From: Raillietiella orientalis
Taxonomy: Eukaryota
Reading direction: 5' to 3'
DNA length: 64,000 nt
NCBI GenBank assembly: GCA_036172245.1
Contig: JAYWIR010000011.1
Span: 806,001 to 870,000, forward strand
Shown here: piece after piece, positions 26,101-40,320 of the stretch
Layout: every line of letters starts with the position of its first letter
Position numbering within the stretch: position 1 is the first letter of the stretch
Made by a program: the position numbers and the translations under genes
Notes under the pieces: generated by a model
Told to the model about the DNA's origin: nothing
Databases searched by the model: none
What the model saw: only the letters and a program-made list of their open reading frames with translations

Positions 26101-29006
26101 CTTTTCGTAAAATTCTCTTCGTGAGGCTTCGAAGAAGAGTGTGGAACCTTCCTCTCGTGCCACCGATGCTCTGCCAGGCTTGCCCCGTCACGTTCTTTGC
26201 CACCTCTTAGCTTCTTTCACAGAAGAATAGTGGCACTCTCGAGTGCGTTGCAGAGTACAGGCAGCACTCGATCGGCACGCGGGGCAAGTTGCTAGGAACG
26301 ACATCAGGATGACCAGGTCGCTTTCGTGACTGTCTGCCAGCTCCTTGTCTGACCGGCACGGAAGATCAAGGAGGAATGGAGAAGATGCGACGTGTGGTGT
26401 TGCTGTCGGAGCCCGTCTCTCGTGTTCTGCTGCTGCTGCCTTCGCGCGCAGCGCACGGAGTAAGAGGGAGTTGGCGAACCCATGGCAACGGGCAGCAGGA
26501 GGAGGAGCGCGAAGGTCAACCTGCGCTTCTCGTACTCTTTCCATCTTGATTTTCTTGTCTTCCGGAGATGTTTCCGTCCTGCTTCTTGCAGTTCTGCATC
26601 TGAGGCGACTGAGTCAGAAGACGGGAAGACCAGACGTCCCTTTCGTATGGCGGTACGCTACCCGCATGGTCGACTTGGGTTCCGTGGCGACGTCGGGCAT
26701 CGGCCGGAATCTCAGCGGGTTTGCTTACCGCCTTCCAGAAGAAGGCAAGTTCGGATCTTTCAAGCTGCGCCTTACTACTTATTGACCTCGAACCGAAATT
26801 CAGCCTGAAGCAGACCAGCGGACGGACTCGGAAATTCCAGGAGAGTTCCAGAAAAGCGCACGCGGATCTGATCGCTAGGAAAAACGCTTTGTCGGATGGT
26901 TCACTGATCATGATGGTTCCTGTACAGAGGAGTCCAGAGGATGCTGTGGGAAGATCTGCAGCGCGGCGATCGCTGTCGAACCCACTTCCGGATGGTCCAA
27001 ATCGGCTCGGTCCTTGTCTTCCGACTGTCAGCTTCCGCTCTCCTTCCTGGTGTCGGCTTGGTAGTCATGACTTTGTCCCAGCATTTGCCTCGCCCCTCAG
27101 AAGAACGTTCGCCCGTTTCCCCCGCTCATGCCTGCTACTGTTAGATGGTTTTAGACGAGTGATGATGCTCTTCCGTTCCTGGAACTCTCCGAGGACGCTG
27201 CAGGAATGCCATGAAGAGCGATGAAGAGGTGGCTGTTCTTGCACTCTCTTGGAGGTTCGTACGTTGTTGTGTCGAAGTGCCGGCGAGCACGTTAGCATCC
27301 CGGCTTTCCCCATCGGAAGACGGAATCCTCCTCTCTTTCCGAGATTCGCCTCCCGGCATCCGCCATTATCGACCACACGCGGAACGAGGTCCATCTCCCT
27401 GATTGCCAGCCACGTCCGTGCATGCGAAGAACCCGGTGACCTTTAAGTTCTCAGAGGATGCTTAGCCCAGCCGAAGCAGACGAACACCACGATATTTTCG
27501 GAACACCACTCTTCCGCCATTCCATCGAAACATCGCGAGCGGGTCCGACAGTGCTCCACGGTTTCAGTGGACGCCCCCCCTTCCCCCCCGCTTCCCCCCG
27601 ATGCGCCTGCTGCAGCGCCTTTTTCTTCCCACCTTTGGTGTTCTGTCTGTTTCCCGGAGGTGCCTCCGATTCCGGCAGGAAAAGGCAGCCTTCCTTGGTT
27701 TCCAAGGAGACTCCAGCGAGGGAAACCGGGAAGTTCTCGTGGAATCCAAAAAGAAAAAAAGGGGAACGCGCATGCCATATCGACTAATGCAAGGGCGAAT
27801 GGCGGGGCCTTCGACCATCAGCGCGAAGAACAGCGGCACGCGTGGCTCCTGCGGAGACTCCGTGTTTCGGCGGCATCCGCTGTAAGAGCGAAAGCGTCCG
27901 CTTCTTGCTGGTCCGCCCTTCGAGAGAATCAGAGCCCTCGAGTGGGTCTTCCGGAACCTCCCAGCTGGAACGCATGGAGAGCAGCGGGGTTTCCTCCCAG
28001 TGGTCGGTCAAAAGGTGAATGGTCGCAAGAGAGGCTGTGGAAAGGGGAGGCTCTCGAGGGGCAGCTTTGCCGCGTGAATCGGGACTCGATCGACTGACCC
28101 CTGCGTTTCCCGGGATCGTGCGCTTCATTTTCTCGATAGACGTTTCGAGGCAAGCAAAGGGTTCCCTGCTTTCCTTTTTTTTTTATTTTTTACTGCTCCT
28201 TTCACTGGATTCAATTTCTCCCGCGCGATCATCTCTTTCCCGGAATCCTCATCCGTTTCCCCGTGAAGGGTAACTGGAGCTGTTGATAAAAGTAGGTTCG
28301 TTGCTTACCGCTTCATCCTCGAGCATTCCGGAAACATAGGCTGTGATGCATGCGCTCAAGAAAAAGCGTGCCCATCTGAAAGATCAGCTTCCAGAAAAAC
28401 CTCAGATCGTGTGTCGGAGGCGGGACCTTCCCATCCCAAGCACAACCAGCCGTCACACGCGCTCCCGTTATGCTGGCGTAGGAACGGCAAATACAGCCAG
28501 CCCCAGGAAGAGAGTCTGCTAGAACCAGGACGATGCCGCCCATTCCGGTATTCCATCAGCCCGCCCTCCGGAACCTCCGAGCTTCGAAATCCCGAGTGCA
28601 GCATCCGGTCGTGAGCGTTGCCGCTCCGCGCAACGCGCGACACGGCGTGGAAGAACGGGAACTCCGCTGCGTCTTCTGGTCCAGGGTTCCTCAGCAACGG
28701 TTTCGCAGCAGCAGCATCTCCGCGAGTTTCCGGAAGGAAGTGTGGATTATCACTCGGCAGAACCGGGGCGCTTATTATGAAATAAACATGCGGGTGTGGA
28801 CCATCGGCCCTACAACAACGTCCGAAAATGTTCGGAACCTGTCGAGTAGTCCGTACGCAGGTCAGCGAATGGGAGAGGGGGGTGGGGGCAAACAAAAGTA
28901 AAGATAAAACAAAAAAAATATATACAAAAAACAAATCGGGAGGGTTAGGAGAGGGATCAATGTCAGCTGGAGGGCGTCTTCTGCATCCTTTGCATCAGAG
29001 ATCCAT

Positions 29007-29123
29007 CACGGCGTCAAAGGCTGCTCTGTTAAGGCTGCCGGGAAATGCCAACAACAAGGAAGGAATTATGTTATTGAAGATGGCGACGTCATTTACTTCA
29101 AATTTAATGCGGGTGCTGGAATC
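29007..29123 (+). pseudogene. OLA1: Obg-like ATPase 1 C-terminal fragment
   Basis: [32 protein letters not shown] matches the OLA1/YchF end VKAAGKYRQQGRNY.VEDGDII.FKFN(AGAGL). The upstream HG-SKAA (~GSEAA) needs small indels. Confidence 0.9.
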
Positions 29124-30099
29124 TCATCACCCCCCCTTCCCCTCCCTACCCCCAAAAAAGGGATGCGTGTTCTTCTGAGAAAGAGATGTGGATGGTTACT
29201 CTCGGAAGCGCAGGATCCTCGAAAGCGCGAGGTTAATTAATCCTGGAGGAGGGAAGGAAACCAAAGAGTACGCTTCCCATTATCGACGTCTGAAGATCTG
29301 TTTGTTGTGGACCCTGTCTCATCCATCATGAGGCGGTCCATTCATCACGACCCAGGAAGGAGCAGAGCCAGCCGGATTTCACTTCTATTCGATATGGGGG
29401 TAGGGGGGTAGGTGTGCACGTTCGTACGTGAATCGTGGAAGCTAAGAACACTTCGATAAGGGATCTCAACAAAAATATTGATCGAGGCATCTTCCAAGTT
29501 TGTACCAGTTCCATCTACTCCACGCTTCCTCTCAATTAGATCCTGTTTGCTGGACGTGATTTGAAGGAGCTTAAGAAAATAAACTATTCGCTTTCATTAG
29601 CACAGGAAACCGCTGGCGCACACGTACGGCGGCAGCACCATGATCGTGAAACTTTTTCGACGGCAATCAATGGCTCCACAGCATGTCAAGAAGAAAAGTT
29701 GCCGGGCGTGGTCAGATTGTGTTTGTGTTTTTTTCTTTTTCTCTTTTCATGTTCCCCTTTGGTATTTTTTTGCTTTCGTTTTTGATTTCTTCACGGTCGC
29801 TTGTTGAAGATGAAGCAAGGCCGCCTCCTGACACCAAAGAAAGCTGCAGGAGATATATCAGAAAACGCATCTTCGTTTCCAGATCTCGGTTCCCGATGAT
29901 CCCTTCGTTTAGTGCAGCTGGGGCGGCCTACAGGATCAGGTGTTGCTGGAATTTTTAGCCCGTGGCAAAGAGCCTCGACGCGCTCGGCTTGTTTGCCTGC
30001 GCCACGGCATGCCCTTCTTGTGTGGAATTTCCGTCGCGGTTTCCGGCGTGCCTGCCTTCCTTTGGCGGGAACACCCAGCGTGGATGACCGTTCCTCCCG

Positions 30100-33000
30100 G
30101 AGGAGCTCCTTAGCGTTTCGACAGGAAGTCCTGGAGATTCCCTAGATGCTAAAGGGCAGCCCCGCATTCCCCCTGAGGTAGTCACTCGGTGATGCTGCCG
30201 TTGCACCGGGCACCACCACGCAATGTTCGCAGGCCCTGCTGTCACCTGGCAACACCGGGGCGTTTTTTTTCCGATGGAGCTGTCCTCTAGGTGAGGGTGA
30301 GGGTGAGGAAACCTCCAGCCCCAGACGTTCCGCCCGGAGTAGCAGCCCTTTTGTGCGGGTACTGGGTGTCGCCGCGTCTTCCAGCTGGTCCGACGACCAC
30401 ACGCTTGAGGGGAAGGAGGCGGCTTCGCTCCTACCGCCACCGGGGCGCGCGAGATCTCTCACAGTGCCGGCGGTCGACTGTCTTCCTCCGGTGAGGAGAC
30501 GATTGCGCTGCAACCAGGAGGGTAGCGGTGGCGGCGGCGGTGGCTCGGGCACGTCGCGCTAATTCCAGACTGACTGCTCCCGGCTGTGGGTGGGACGAAT
30601 CGAAGCCGACACGCCCGTAGCCTCTGCCTCCTACCCTGCCATACGCTGCGGGTCGCAGGAAACGGTAGAAGATCCCTTGGAGGCATTCCCGCTGGGGGGG
30701 AGGGGGGGAGGATCCTGCCTCAAGTGAAAACTCGCAAGGTTTCATCCGGTTTCGGTTTCAAGGACGCTCGCAACCGGCCGCACTCAGAATGCCGCGCTCA
30801 GGCGCGTCCGATCTCCAGCCGTCAGGGCCATCAGCCCGAAACGGAGCTGGAGCTCCACCTTCCTCAGAGTTGGGTACCGCGTTCCGCATCCTTCCGTGGA
30901 ACCACGAGGCCCCTGAGGCGGACCCTCGACCATGCGGTGCTCCTCCATGCTCTCCTCATGGAGGCGCTGTCCACGTCTCGTGCCTCACCTCGTGCCGCAG
31001 GGTGAACGCAAGGACGAGGAATCGAGGAGAAAGGAGGAAAAGAAACTGCTCCTGATGGAGAACTCTTAATTCCGGAACCGAACCAGTGCTGTCCTCTGGA
31101 GGCGATTGGACAAACAAACTTTCGCCGCGCCGAAGTAATTCCGTCCAAGGGGCACCCGGGGAGATTTTGCTCTGGGTGCTGCTTCACGGAGGCTCCCGGC
31201 CGGATCCAGTCCGGGAGGCCCCATCCACGCCAAACCCATAGGAAGCACCCTTGATTTCGTTCTGCCAACCCTGGTGCGCGCTCTCTGGAGAATCGGTTCG
31301 AAGAGTTCCTCGAGAGAAGCCACCGCCGGGAAGGGTGCGGAAGTCGGGTGGAGAAGAAAGGGTCATCCAGCGCATGTCGCCGCGGGGCAGGAACTTGGAT
31401 TCGGCAGAAGAAGCTGCTGAGCAACAAAAGACTCGGGCTGCCGCGATGCCCCATCCTCCTCCGAGCCGCGGCGGCGTCTACGTGAAGACCGCCGGAAGAC
31501 ATGTTCGTCAGCTCGTCGCGCCGCAGGGAGCGCATCGCCGGGGATCTGAGCGTTCTAGGAGTTCCGGAAAAGAGTCCCTGATCGATGCAATCGAATGCCT
31601 TTCGGGGTCGACTGCGACCGCCAGGCTGCCGGCACTCCCGCAGCCACGTTGCTACGGTCGCGATCGCACTCCTTCGCAACCCTGCGTCATACCGCCTCGT
31701 ACTAGGAAGAGAAGTTCGGTCCCCTGTGCTCCCTCCCGGAAACGGACGTCCCTGACTGCTTCGAAGTGGCCGTGGAGTTCGCAGCCTCACGGATCCGCAG
31801 CTCCGAGGGCGGCATGGCATGCGAGTTTGCGAGGGAAATGGACCGGCTATTGCCCAAGCCACTTAAACCTCCACACTTCCTCCTCCTCCTCCCTTGGGGA
31901 GGAGGCGCATTCTGGACCGCCTCCTCCCTCTCCCGGATCAGAACTGCCCGTGCGCGTGCCGGGTAACCACGCAGCACTGCAGCGAAAAATCGGCGAAAGT
32001 CCGTCGGAGGGCAGCCTTACCCCGGTACTTCATCACCGTGTCCTTTGCTATGGCGGAGACCTCCCCACGGGTCGACGAGGTCACGTCTGACAGGAGCCAG
32101 AAGCTCCAGGCCTTGCTTACCCAGTGGACAAGCTGTCCCTGGCTACCAGGCAGGTCTTCTTGCGTTCTGGGCGCCAGCTCGAGCACGTCCGGGCACCCGG
32201 TCCGTGCCCCTGGAAGAGCAAGGTGGTTCCCGACGACCTCTCCCCCAAAAGAGCCTTGGGGAGGGAGGTGCGGAGGACACCGGATGAGAGACCGAGGACT
32301 GCCGAAACTAACTCGCCGACTCGATCCCGGTCCTCCGCATTGATGGCGACAAAGCTGCGGAAGAAGGCGCGGAGCTGCTCTGCGGTTTCCGGACGGTTGC
32401 GTTGGTGGCCCTCGATAACAACCGGGAGGATGCAGCCTCTGTCTCGATCCTGGAATGGTCCGACGGGGGTCGACTCTACTCTGCTTCTTCGACCCCTCCT
32501 GCACTCGCAGGTGGTCGTGGAGGAAGGAAGGAGGAAAAAAAAAAAAAAAAAACGTGTGGTGGGTCATTCCGGGCTCGTCTCACCGAGCGAGCTGGCCGGC
32601 ACGCACCGGCGTGCGCGGTCTGTCGACGGAAGCCTCGACGGGCTCTCCCTCCATCCTGTGTCGCTTGGCACCGGGCGGAGGTCGGGATCTCCAGCCCGAG
32701 GCTCCTGTAGCGTTACGTCGGAACCGCCTTGCTTAGCCGGACCGGGCTCCCCTAAGAACCGGGATGTGAACGTTCCGCTCGGAAGGGAAGCGACCACAGG
32801 GAACTCACCCCACAGGACAGAGGAGCCGGACGGCGGCGGTGGTGAAACCCTTTCTCTTGCGTCGTGCTGTCCTCCTCCACGCACGGAGAGATTTTGCAGC
32901 CCTCCATACCCCATCTCTTGCAGAGTGGACAACCGTGGGGACGTGACTCCTGCGGAGTTGCCTCATCGCTCTCCGCCACCTCCGAGGAATCGCCCCGGCG

Positions 33001-33120
33001 TGAAGAACCACGTGAGGACGTCCATCTCGAGGATTATGACGGGATGGCCTCAACTGGAAGGAATCAGTGCCGTCATCCTTCAGGAGGCGTGCGGAGAAAT
33101 TATCTGTGATCATTTGGCGG
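30100..33120 (-). mobile_element. Decayed near-complete L1/Tx1-like ORF2
   Basis: GNSAGV and VLWGEF (APE), GEV.AI, GNSRSISLAN (RT2), KAFDCIDQGLF (RT3, ~31570-31602), HALDD (RT5), PRCC.......IAWWCP (knuckle). Confidence 0.7.
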
Positions 33121-33177
33121 ACATTACGTTGTCATCCGCCAAGTGCCGAAGAACCGTTCGCTTCCTTAGGAGTCGCT

Positions 33178-33660
33178 CATGAAGCTCTTTAACACTGTCC
33201 ACGCCACCCGAGGGTGCATGTAACCCTTCAATTTAGGGGGGCGGCTCCGGAGGCACTACCGTGTGAATCCAGGAAGAAGCTCCAGAGAAAGGGCTCTTCC
33301 CGAAGGGAGCAGCGCACTTCCTACACTCTGGAGAGCCGACCCCAGAGGGGGGAGTATCAACCAGCTCCATGGTACGGCTGCATTTTCACAATTGGAGAAG
33401 GGGAGCTTCGAAGGGGAACCGACCCCTCGATTCCTGGAAGGACATGGGAGGGTCAATTTCCCATCCTGGTCAGTCGAGAGGGACGTCCGGTATCCATCAT
33501 TGCCGCACCCGAAGCCCGTGGTCCAACCAGCGTCGTCATCCTGCGGGGGAATCTCGCGAAAGGTGCAGCTGCGGAGCACCCCGCATTTCTCGACCCATCA
33601 TCTCCGGGCAGGATTCGAACCCGCGACGCTCGGTGCACGGCCAGCCGACGCGGGGGGCCG
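33178..33660 (-). mobile_element. tRNA-headed SINE-like repeat, copy B (internal deletion)
   Basis: Perfect B-box GGGTTCGAATCC on the minus strand (33611-33622); shares both ends with the other copies but lacks the central subrepeats. Confidence 0.8.
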
Positions 33661-36199
33661 ATATCGTGTTGAATCCGTCTTGTGGAACCGTGAGGATGGT
33701 CCAAGGAAAGAGAGGCGAAGCTTGCGGTGGAAAAGTTGGTTTCTTCTTTGTGAGGTCACAAGGACAGAACGCGCATCGATCACCTTCTGCCTATCACAAC
33801 GAATGCTATGTGCGAAGTGGGAAGGAAGGAAGGGCGCGCGCGCAATTCACAAGGGGGCCGTGGTCCTCGTGAGGCAGCATCCCAATACAAGGTGTGCGGG
33901 CAGTTCGACTCAGCAAGGTCGGCTGCGTAGGTCTGGAGGAGAGAGCAGATTAAGGATCGAAATGCTGCGCGGATTCAACGCGCGCGGCTGGTTCCGAGGA
34001 CGCTTCCTTCCCTCCAAAACGCGCCTTCCCGTGATCGGGAAGAGTGATGTAAGTAGTAAGATGTAAGTAAGTAGGATGATTCCTGTTAACGACGGTTTGT
34101 GATCGTAGCCGTGGTCAGTCTCTCGTGCCTGCTTTTGGTCATTCTGCTTCTCAGACCCCAGCAATAGAGAGCGCGCGTGTTTCTGGAATGCACCGAAGTG
34201 CGGTCCATGAACTGTCGCGCCAGCTGAGCCTGCATGGCGGAGATGCTGCTGGTGTTTACAAAGAGAGGCGATCGGGTTGATGAATGAGAATCTACCTTTC
34301 CAGACGTTCCCATCCGCACACTGGGTGTTGTGTTAGCTTCATTCGTTATCTTGCTTTGTCTAAGTGTACAATGGAAGACCTTTTTTTTTTTTCTTTTTCT
34401 ATGCCGAGTTCATTTGTGCCATTTGCTCCTCTTATTGAAGAATATGAATTGCATCCACGATCGAATCTTTTTCTTTTTTTTTTTTTCTTGTCTAAGATCC
34501 CCTCAAATTTGGTAAAGTGTATGTAAACTTTCTGCAGGAACGCACCAAAGCACACACGCACGCACACCGGACGTAGTCCGAGCACATTTGAGCAAACCGA
34601 AAAGCAAGGCACACCAGAGGGTTAATCTCTCCGAAACAAACAAGGGCACGATTTGCTTTCTATTATTTTGCTCCAGGGAATAGCAGGGTTTCGCGTTTCC
34701 TCGCGCTGATCCACCGGGTCGTGCTTTCCGAACATTCCCTGAAGTGGTTAGGGAATCTCCGTCCATGCTGCCGAGCCACGTTCTCCAGGTGCCAAAAGTT
34801 CCACGGATTCCTCCACCATCCCATCCGCGTCCACACTGGAGCGGCCGCGATGCACATAACAGCGGCGAAGGGTGCCAAGGCACAGGTCGTCTACTGGTGG
34901 GCCTTCTCTTCGCGACATCCTTGCGTCGTGGAATCAGCGTTTTCGCATTCGTAAAGCCTCAGATAAGTTACTCAGCCGTTTTCTCTTCTTATTGCTCTCG
35001 AATGCTCGAGAAAATCAGCGCCTCGAACGGAAGACGAGACTGGAACGTTCTTGTTTGGTGGGATCTACTTTAGGGACAAAACACACCAACAAATCCTCCA
35101 AGGACTATTAGCTTATTATCTCAAGAGAGTACACACAGTCCAACAACCCAATGTTTCTGCCAGTGTCAATTAGAATAATTAATTGAACAATAAATGCTTC
35201 AAAACAGTGATGTACTTCGAAATGAATGCTAGGTTTATGTCTCATTACATGAGTGTGTGGAATGCTCTGGAAGATAATGCAGCAGAAGACCACTTTTTAT
35301 AATGTATAATTGAACGGGAAATGAACGTTTAAAATAGCGCTAAAATGTAGACGTTGGCATGGTGATAGCCTCTCAAGTGCCGAATTTACTCTGAAAGTGA
35401 GATGTTAGTCAGATTTATCCTTTCGTACGGGGAGGGGAGGGGGGGATCCTTTTAGGAGGAGAAAGAATCATGCGGTGTTTCGCACTGGTTCTGGAGAAAT
35501 TTCCGGACTCTGTTTTACACCATCCAACGAGACCGCGTTCGCTTTCAATCCGCTCTGCTCTTGTGCCGATTTCGAAATCAACGACTCCAGGCGTTCGGAT
35601 TCAGATTAGTAGCCATGTGATTAGAAAAGGGTCCACCAGGGATGCTTTTACGCATGACAATAAATCGATACAATAACATCCAATACTAAGGTTATAATGG
35701 AATTCTGTGGCATTCATCATCACTTTGTGAGGAATCTTTCGAGAGACTTCTAGTATCTCAGATAAACATTTGTCACATAACGTAAAAAAACGAAGAAAAA
35801 AACAGAGATCCCTTCGAAGAGGGGCTGAAAGCACTATCTACGCTGCCCCCTTTCATTAATGCACATTCAGTTGTGAGGATGCACTGTGATTTATTAATCT
35901 TGGACACAGCAATGACTACCGCCATTCAGGTACATAGACAGTCTCAAGTGTTGGAATTCAAGATGGCGTCATATCAAGTGCGTTTATGGTCCGAGACTTT
36001 CGCGACTTGTTGTTGTTTTGTTCTGCCAAATGCTAACTTTCTCCCCTTTCCCATTCGCTTTCGGTCTTCTATCAAGTTGGCACGGAAATGCCTGTGTGGG
36101 CCTGCCATAGAAACGACATTGATTGCAGCTCGGCACACACTCCAGCATAAAGAAATGTGAAACTGTGTGAGATCGAAACGGAAAGTGGACCGAATCGGA

Positions 36200-38050
36200 T
36201 CTTCTGAAATCTCCCTAAGTCCGTGGGGCAGCGGACCGTTTCTTTGAGGCAAACAGTCGCTCAGGCGGGAGAGGAGAAGGAGTGCACTCGCAGAATGGCC
36301 TGCTTCTTGAAACCTGAGGTTGCCCGGACGTGCGTTTTCGCACTGCGGACGCGAGAAGAAACCGGAACAGATTCCAGAGCCATCCGACTTTGCGTGGGAA
36401 AAGTTTACGTGGTCCATCCACGCGAGTTGCCTCAAGTGCAGTTGCGTCGCTGCGTCACCCCGGAAGAAGAAGGAGACGTCCTTCACGTGCCTCCTTTCCC
36501 TCCTCCCACAGTTCCGGAATCGACGACTCGTCTCAACGCCGAGGACCTGAACGAAGAATGGTTTCAGTCTCGGATGTCGCGAGACTCTCCAGCGCTGTCC
36601 GAAGATTTCGTTTCCAAGGCACTCCCAAACTTTTCTTCCCCGCGTGCGTCAGGGCGGCTGCTCGAATCCACAAGCGGGTTCTCTTTCAACCAGAAGATCC
36701 CCCCCAAAAGATCCACGTCTGCGTTCGCTGCGCGACACCATCCTCGATCTTCAGCAAGGACCGTGGTAGATTTCATTCCAGGGCCCTTTTTTTTTTTTTT
36801 TTGTCTTTTTTTTTTTTTTATTCCTGCCGCTACCGTTTCGGTAGTCGGGAACGAAATCGCAGCCAGAATCACTTGGATCGATGCACGCCAATCGAAGATA
36901 TCGGCTTTTCTTCTCTTGTTTAGAAGTATCATCATGAACGCGGCAGCTGAACAGCAAACGAAACGCGCAGGCAACGGCCGAAGGAGATGAAGTCGACCGA
37001 GGAGGCTGCAAGGCGGAGTTATTGAAACGAAATGCAAAACTCTCGAGCGCCTTTCCTTCTATCGGCACGGAGGAGCCACCTGCTACCTGGAAGGAGGAAG
37101 AGGTTTCTGTATCAAATCTCGAGTCGAAAAACCAAAAGTTTCCTCCCTGCTTCGAGAAGATGCATCTTCTCAAAGGAGACTGCATTAACCCTTTTAAAAT
37201 TCGAGTTCTGGAACTGCTCTCGAGCGGAATCAACACGGGAACGGAAGAGGAATTCCCGACGAACCGCTTCCCTTGCAGACGCTTCCCGTGCCGCTCCGAG
37301 TCTCCGAGGTTTTTTCCTGGAAGTGGCTCTAAAATGGGGTGGGAGGGAGGATGGGGAAAATAAAAAAAATCTCTCGAACGAGCCTCCTCTGGCGAAATCG
37401 TCCGTGTGACTGTGCTGCTAAGAAGTCAGCCAGCCACCTGCTCCAGAAACTCCACGGGGATCTTCCGTGCTTTGCTATCACTTCAAAGGAAGGAACCTTC
37501 GTCCCTCTACGTCAGAAAGGAGCGCGTGTGGAGGTCCGGGAACTCGATTTCTGGAGGTTTCCCGGACCTTTACCCAAGGACGGATATGCCATAGAAACGA
37601 TGCTGGTTGCAGCTCTGCACGCTCTTCAACATAATGTGAAATTGAAATGGAAAGTGGAGACGCCCGAAGTCCACAGGCTAACCAGCATCATCGTCCTGCG
37701 GAGGAGGAATCAATACCCGCGACGCACCCCCCACTTCCCTCTTATCCCATTTCTCGGTGTCGGCCCTTTGGGGGATTCGAACCAGCGACGCTTGGGGCCA
37801 GGAGCTAGAAAGAACGCGGGACGGAAATGGAATTCAAAATGCACATCTTTCGGAAGATTCTCAAGGACGCTGAAAGAGAAAAGGCATCGGGAGCGGATGC
37901 CATTGCAGGTAGCGGTCGGAGCTACCGAGTGCGCCCGCGGACCGCGCCTCTGTCTCGACACTTCGGACTCGCTGCCGCGGAGCAGCAGCGGAGACATCTG
38001 CAAGATCGGTTTCGAGCTCGTGTGCACACGAGGCGCGGTGCACGCGGTGC
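36200..38050 (-). mobile_element. Decayed RT relic interrupted by SINE copy C
   Basis: PSLGKGPGNL (RT1-2), RILKGLMQSPL..CIF (RT4), VHDDT (RT5), in order. Confidence 0.45.
37655..37800 (-). mobile_element. SINE-like repeat, copy C (head only)
   Basis: GGTTCGAATCC (37773-37783) followed by ccgcaggacgatgatgctggttagcctgtggacttcggg, matching copies B and E. Confidence 0.8.
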
Positions 38051-38249
38051 ACGAGCTCAGCGCACCTCCTCGTTCGTAAGCTAACCGTTGGCCCGACCCT
38101 CACCGGACTTCTGTGGTCGGCCACCTCCACACTTCTGCGAAGCGCGGTCGAAAGGGGGTCGAAAAGAGCCGTAGATAGAGCCATGCAATGCTGTAGGGCT
38201 CTTGACATTCTTCCGGGATTCCTCGTTGTCCATCTGGGGCGCTCGTCGG

Positions 38250-39570
38250 TCCCTTCAGCCTGTTGCTTCCTCTCTGCTTGTCTTCCGTCTCGCGAGGGCT
38301 GACCACTGGGGTTCGTCCGGCTGTATGTGGCTGTCAGTTCCTCGTGTGACGTGGGCTGCGTAGCCGGAGTACCAGAAGCACGAAGCCACCATCCGGTGCC
38401 TCACCTTCTTCGAGTGCTTCTTGGGAATTCCAAGATCCTGGAGCACTTCTTCGTTACCTGGATCCCAGGCTCCTAGAGAGCCAACGATGAGAGCGTGCAC
38501 CTTGCACCCTTGTTTCCTCCCTCTGCTTAGCTGGAGGGCTACTTCCTTGTACTTCTCCTGCTTGTTCCTCCTAGCCGTGCTGAACGCCACCCTCAAGCAG
38601 GCAGAAGACGTCTAGCATCGAAATTCTCCTCTGCATCACTAGGTCCGGTCCCAAGGCGGTGTCCGCTCCTGGTGCTCTTTGGTTTGTGGACACTAGGGTC
38701 CACTTCGTCTCATCCATCGCGGCCATTTTGATCATCTCTTGAATCGCGTCATGTCGGGCAATGGACAGATGAAAGTGCCTCCTGCATCTGTTTAATCTTA
38801 CTGTGAGACTTTTTTTTTTTTTCCTCTCCCAGAAGAGTCACGAGATGCAGGCTGAGGAAGAGAACATCAGGTCATCGTCGGGTCACTACTTTCGCGGGAG
38901 GTATGGTCCTTCATTGTGAAACGGCTCTAACGCAGGGAGAATTCAAGGGGTGCATCTGCGATGCGCGCCTCCTAGCCAAGGCTCGTGGTACCCGGGTGCT
39001 TCTCGGAGATCGGATTCGGGCACCCTCAGGCATCTCAGCACTCGGCGTGACCTCCCGCGATGCTCCTCGCGAGGAAGGGCACTGTCGTTTTGCAACAACG
39101 ACCGGCCTGTGAACGGGCGATCCAACGACACATCCCTCTTATTTCAGAGAGCGACTCCGGGCGCTCTCTCTCTCTTGATACCTCGTTTTGCTTCTCGACC
39201 TCCGGCTTTCTTGCGCGCTCTTCCCGACGTGCCCCGAGGCACCCTGCTTCCGAAGATCTTCCCGGTCCTTTCGGGGTCCGTAGCTCAGTGGACGGGATCG
39301 ACGGAACTTTCTGGAAGTCTGGCAAGCCCTACGAGACTCGGAGGAAAGGGCGAGGCCACCGCGGGTCGCGGCGCGCCCGCGACCCGCTGTGGCGACCAAG
39401 CGACCGACCGCCGCCGACTGCTCCTCTTCGCGGAAGGGACTCAGCCGGAGGCATCGGGGTGCTTTCGGGGCGCTCATGTGATGTCCGGCCGCATCCTCGC
39501 CAACAGGGTTGCTGTTGGCGGCATGCGCCGGTTCACGTTTCGTCTGGAAACCGGGGTTCATTCCCTCCGG
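38250..39570 (-). mobile_element. NeSL/Utopia-like (R2 group) element, RT thumb to RLE domain relic
   Basis: ARHDAIQ, GPDLV, LDVFC..E, KQEKY, LIVGSLGAWDPGNEEVLQDLGIP, MVASCFWYS: the RH-PD-D-E-K..KY endonuclease signature at 38310-38790. The upstream part is weaker. Confidence 0.85.
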
Positions 39571-39595
39571 CCATGGGCACCTGAGTCAGGCCCGC

Positions 39596-40320
39596 TGAGC
39601 TCTTTCACACGGCTTCGCAACCACTCGAGGGTGCATGCTGCTCTTCGAGATGGGGGTCCTCCGGGAATGAATTCGGGGACGGCTCCGGAGGGACGTGTCC
39701 GTTCTTCTCGCGAACTCCTTTGGGAGGGAACATCCCGAAGAGAACCACCTCTTCCTTACTCTCTCCGGGGGGGACCACCCCCTTATTTCTTTTCCGGAGG
39801 GACCCCGCAAGGGAACCCTCCTCCTCCGAAGAGAACCCAGAAGGGACCCTTCCGAATTTTCTCTGAAGGGCTCCTCCCGAAGGAAGAGGAGCGATTCTTG
39901 CATTCTGGAGAGGAAACCCTCTAGGGGGTATTGAGCTCAATGATACTCGATGGAAGACCCTCTCGGAGAGGGGTGAGGATGGGTGAGACAGCTCCGTCTT
40001 CACCACTTGAAAGGAAATACCAAAAGAACCGGCTTCTTGGTTCCTGTAAGGACCGTGCAAGGACCCAGGAGGGTCCAATTTCTGATCCCGGTTTGTCGAC
40101 GGGGGACATCCCGGTTTCCTGCTGCTGTTCCCACCACCAGTGCCCACCCGAAGCCAGCCGAGGGCGAGTAGCTCGCATTCCTGCGGGGAGAACTCGAAAA
40201 CCCACGACGCACCCCACGTTCTAAGCGTATCACTCCTTCCTTCCTGGGAGGGATTCGAACTCGCGACGCTCGGAGACACTCGTGCGGAGGCAACCGCCAC
40301 CCGGCCGGCAACACAGACTG
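39596..40320 (-). mobile_element. tRNA-headed SINE-like repeat, copy D
   Basis: A-box-like CGGCCGGGTGG and B-box GAGTTCGAATCC (~40251-40262) on the minus strand; body matches copies A and E. Confidence 0.8.
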
